A DNA stretch of 64,000 bases from Octopus sinensis (Eukaryota): positions 49,166,001 to 49,230,000 of the forward strand of contig NC_043010.1 in NCBI RefSeq assembly GCF_006345805.1, written 5' to 3'. Below the pieces are notes generated by a model. It ran no database searches. It was not told the DNA's origin and worked only from the letters and a program-made list of their open reading frames with translations. A program made the position numbers and the translations under genes. This document shows, in pieces, positions 62,829 to 64,000 of the stretch (its first letter is position 1; each line of letters starts with the position of its first letter).

Positions 62829-63026
62829 TCACAATATGTTTCGTTTTGGGATTTGGTTTGCAAGATTCTTTATATGAGAGTCAAGACTATTGAAAAGGTT
62901 GCAAGACGCAACGAAAATTTTAGGAAAATAAAAATAAGAAATAAGTGGAAATTTTACTGGCGAGTGTGTTACATTATAAGGCACAGAAAGAAAATGAGTC
63001 TCCCCAGACACAACACAATAATATGC
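62829..63026. mobile_element. Penelope-pLTR-like short element with internal inversion
   Basis: Relative to 6991-7096, block 62835-62878 is inverted with respect to 62879-63026. Confidence 0.65.
62887..62923 (+). ncRNA. Minimal type-I hammerhead-like motif, U3-A8 variant
   Basis: CUA-UUGAAAA-G-GUUGC(aagac)GCAAC-GAAA-AU-UU-UAG. Confidence 0.6.
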
Positions 63027-63264
63027 CATTCTAACAATGTTTTGGCAGTGCTATAAGAATTTAAAAGCAGAGATTATTTAGAGCATATTATTGTATCATT
63101 GCAAGAGAGTAAGGGATTAAATAGTGAAATAGTATCATGCAGAAGGGTTAGGAAAGATGGAAGGTTGAGAACCATGGAACTAGAGAAATCCTTGATGGCA
63201 GAAAATATTCATGTAGTTGTTTTGGTCATGCCTGCATGGATAAATGCATGTGTGTGTGTAATAT

Positions 63265-63450
63265 TATCATTATTTAACATCCATTCTACATGCTGGCATA
63301 GGTTGGACAGTTTGACAGGAGCTGGTAAGCTGCACTAGACTCCAGTTGTCTCTTCTGGCATGGTTTACAGCTCGATGCCCTTCCTAACACCAACTACTTT
63401 ACAGATTGTTTTAGGTGGGTTTTTTTCTTTACATGGCACCTGCACCTAAG
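63265..63450 (-). mobile_element. RTE-LINE 3' tail (family A)
   Basis: TTTAACATCC...CATGCTGGCAT...GATGCCCTTCCTAACACCAAC. Confidence 0.75.
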
Positions 63451-63532
63451 AGCTTGCAAAATAAGGACCTCTCAGCTGACACAACAACTGGAACCAAGAG
63501 ACCAGAGTTATTAGGTGTGTGTATGTATATGA

Positions 63533-63564
<32 letters not shown>

Positions 63565-63950
63565 TCTTTACTCTCTTTTACTTGTTTCAGTCATTTGACT
63601 GCGGCCATGCTGGAGCACTGCCTTTAATCGAGCAACTTGACCACGGTACTTATTCTTTGTAAGCCCAGTACTTATTCTATCGGTCTGTTTTGCCGAACCG
63701 CTAGGTGACGGGGACAAAAACACACTAGCATCGGTTGCCAAGCAATGCTAGGTGGACAAACACACATACATATGTATATACATATATACGACAGGCTTCT
63801 TTCAGTTTCCGTCTACCAAATCCACTCACAAGGCTTTGGTCGGCCCGAGGCTATAGTAGAAGACACTTGCCCAAGGTGCCACGCAGTGGGACTGAACCCA
63901 GAACCATGTGGTTGGTAAACAAGCTACTTACCACACAGCCACTCCTGCAC
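63565..63950 (-). mobile_element. Young SINE family B
   Basis: Full length with CpGs intact. Confidence 0.9.
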
Positions 63951-64000
63951 CTATATATATATATATATATACAAACACACATACATTATCACATATGTAC

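Overview
AT-rich, repeat-dense eukaryotic DNA with no supportable intact protein-coding exon, rRNA, tRNA or CRISPR array. The listed ORFs trace to microsatellites, repeats or chance. The repeat repertoire looks to me like an Octopus (coleoid cephalopod) genome; this is recognition, not a database result. Contents: three tRNA-headed SINE head types with interchangeable tails; many 5'-truncated RTE-LINE 3' ends with a (GAT)n tail; decayed RTE, CR1/Jockey-like, Penelope GIY-YIG and mariner coding remnants; and TTAA piggyBac-like, hAT/Charlie-like, Tigger/pogo-like and Merlin/MULE-like MITEs, often nested. A CpG-retaining zone at about 58.2-59.9 kb may be a promoter. Most interesting signals: (1) five minimal type-I hammerhead-ribozyme-like motifs in unrelated sequence contexts, one with the U3-A8 compensatory core and one downstream of a tRNA-like head; (2) an 88-bp near-perfect fold-back hairpin; (3) a tandem array of predicted H-type pseudoknots in the RTE 3'UTR; (4) recurrent RTE insertion at the same site of a MITE; (5) a local duplication with a templated inverted insertion. 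Coordinates of old repeats are approximate, and all alignments and folds were done by eye.
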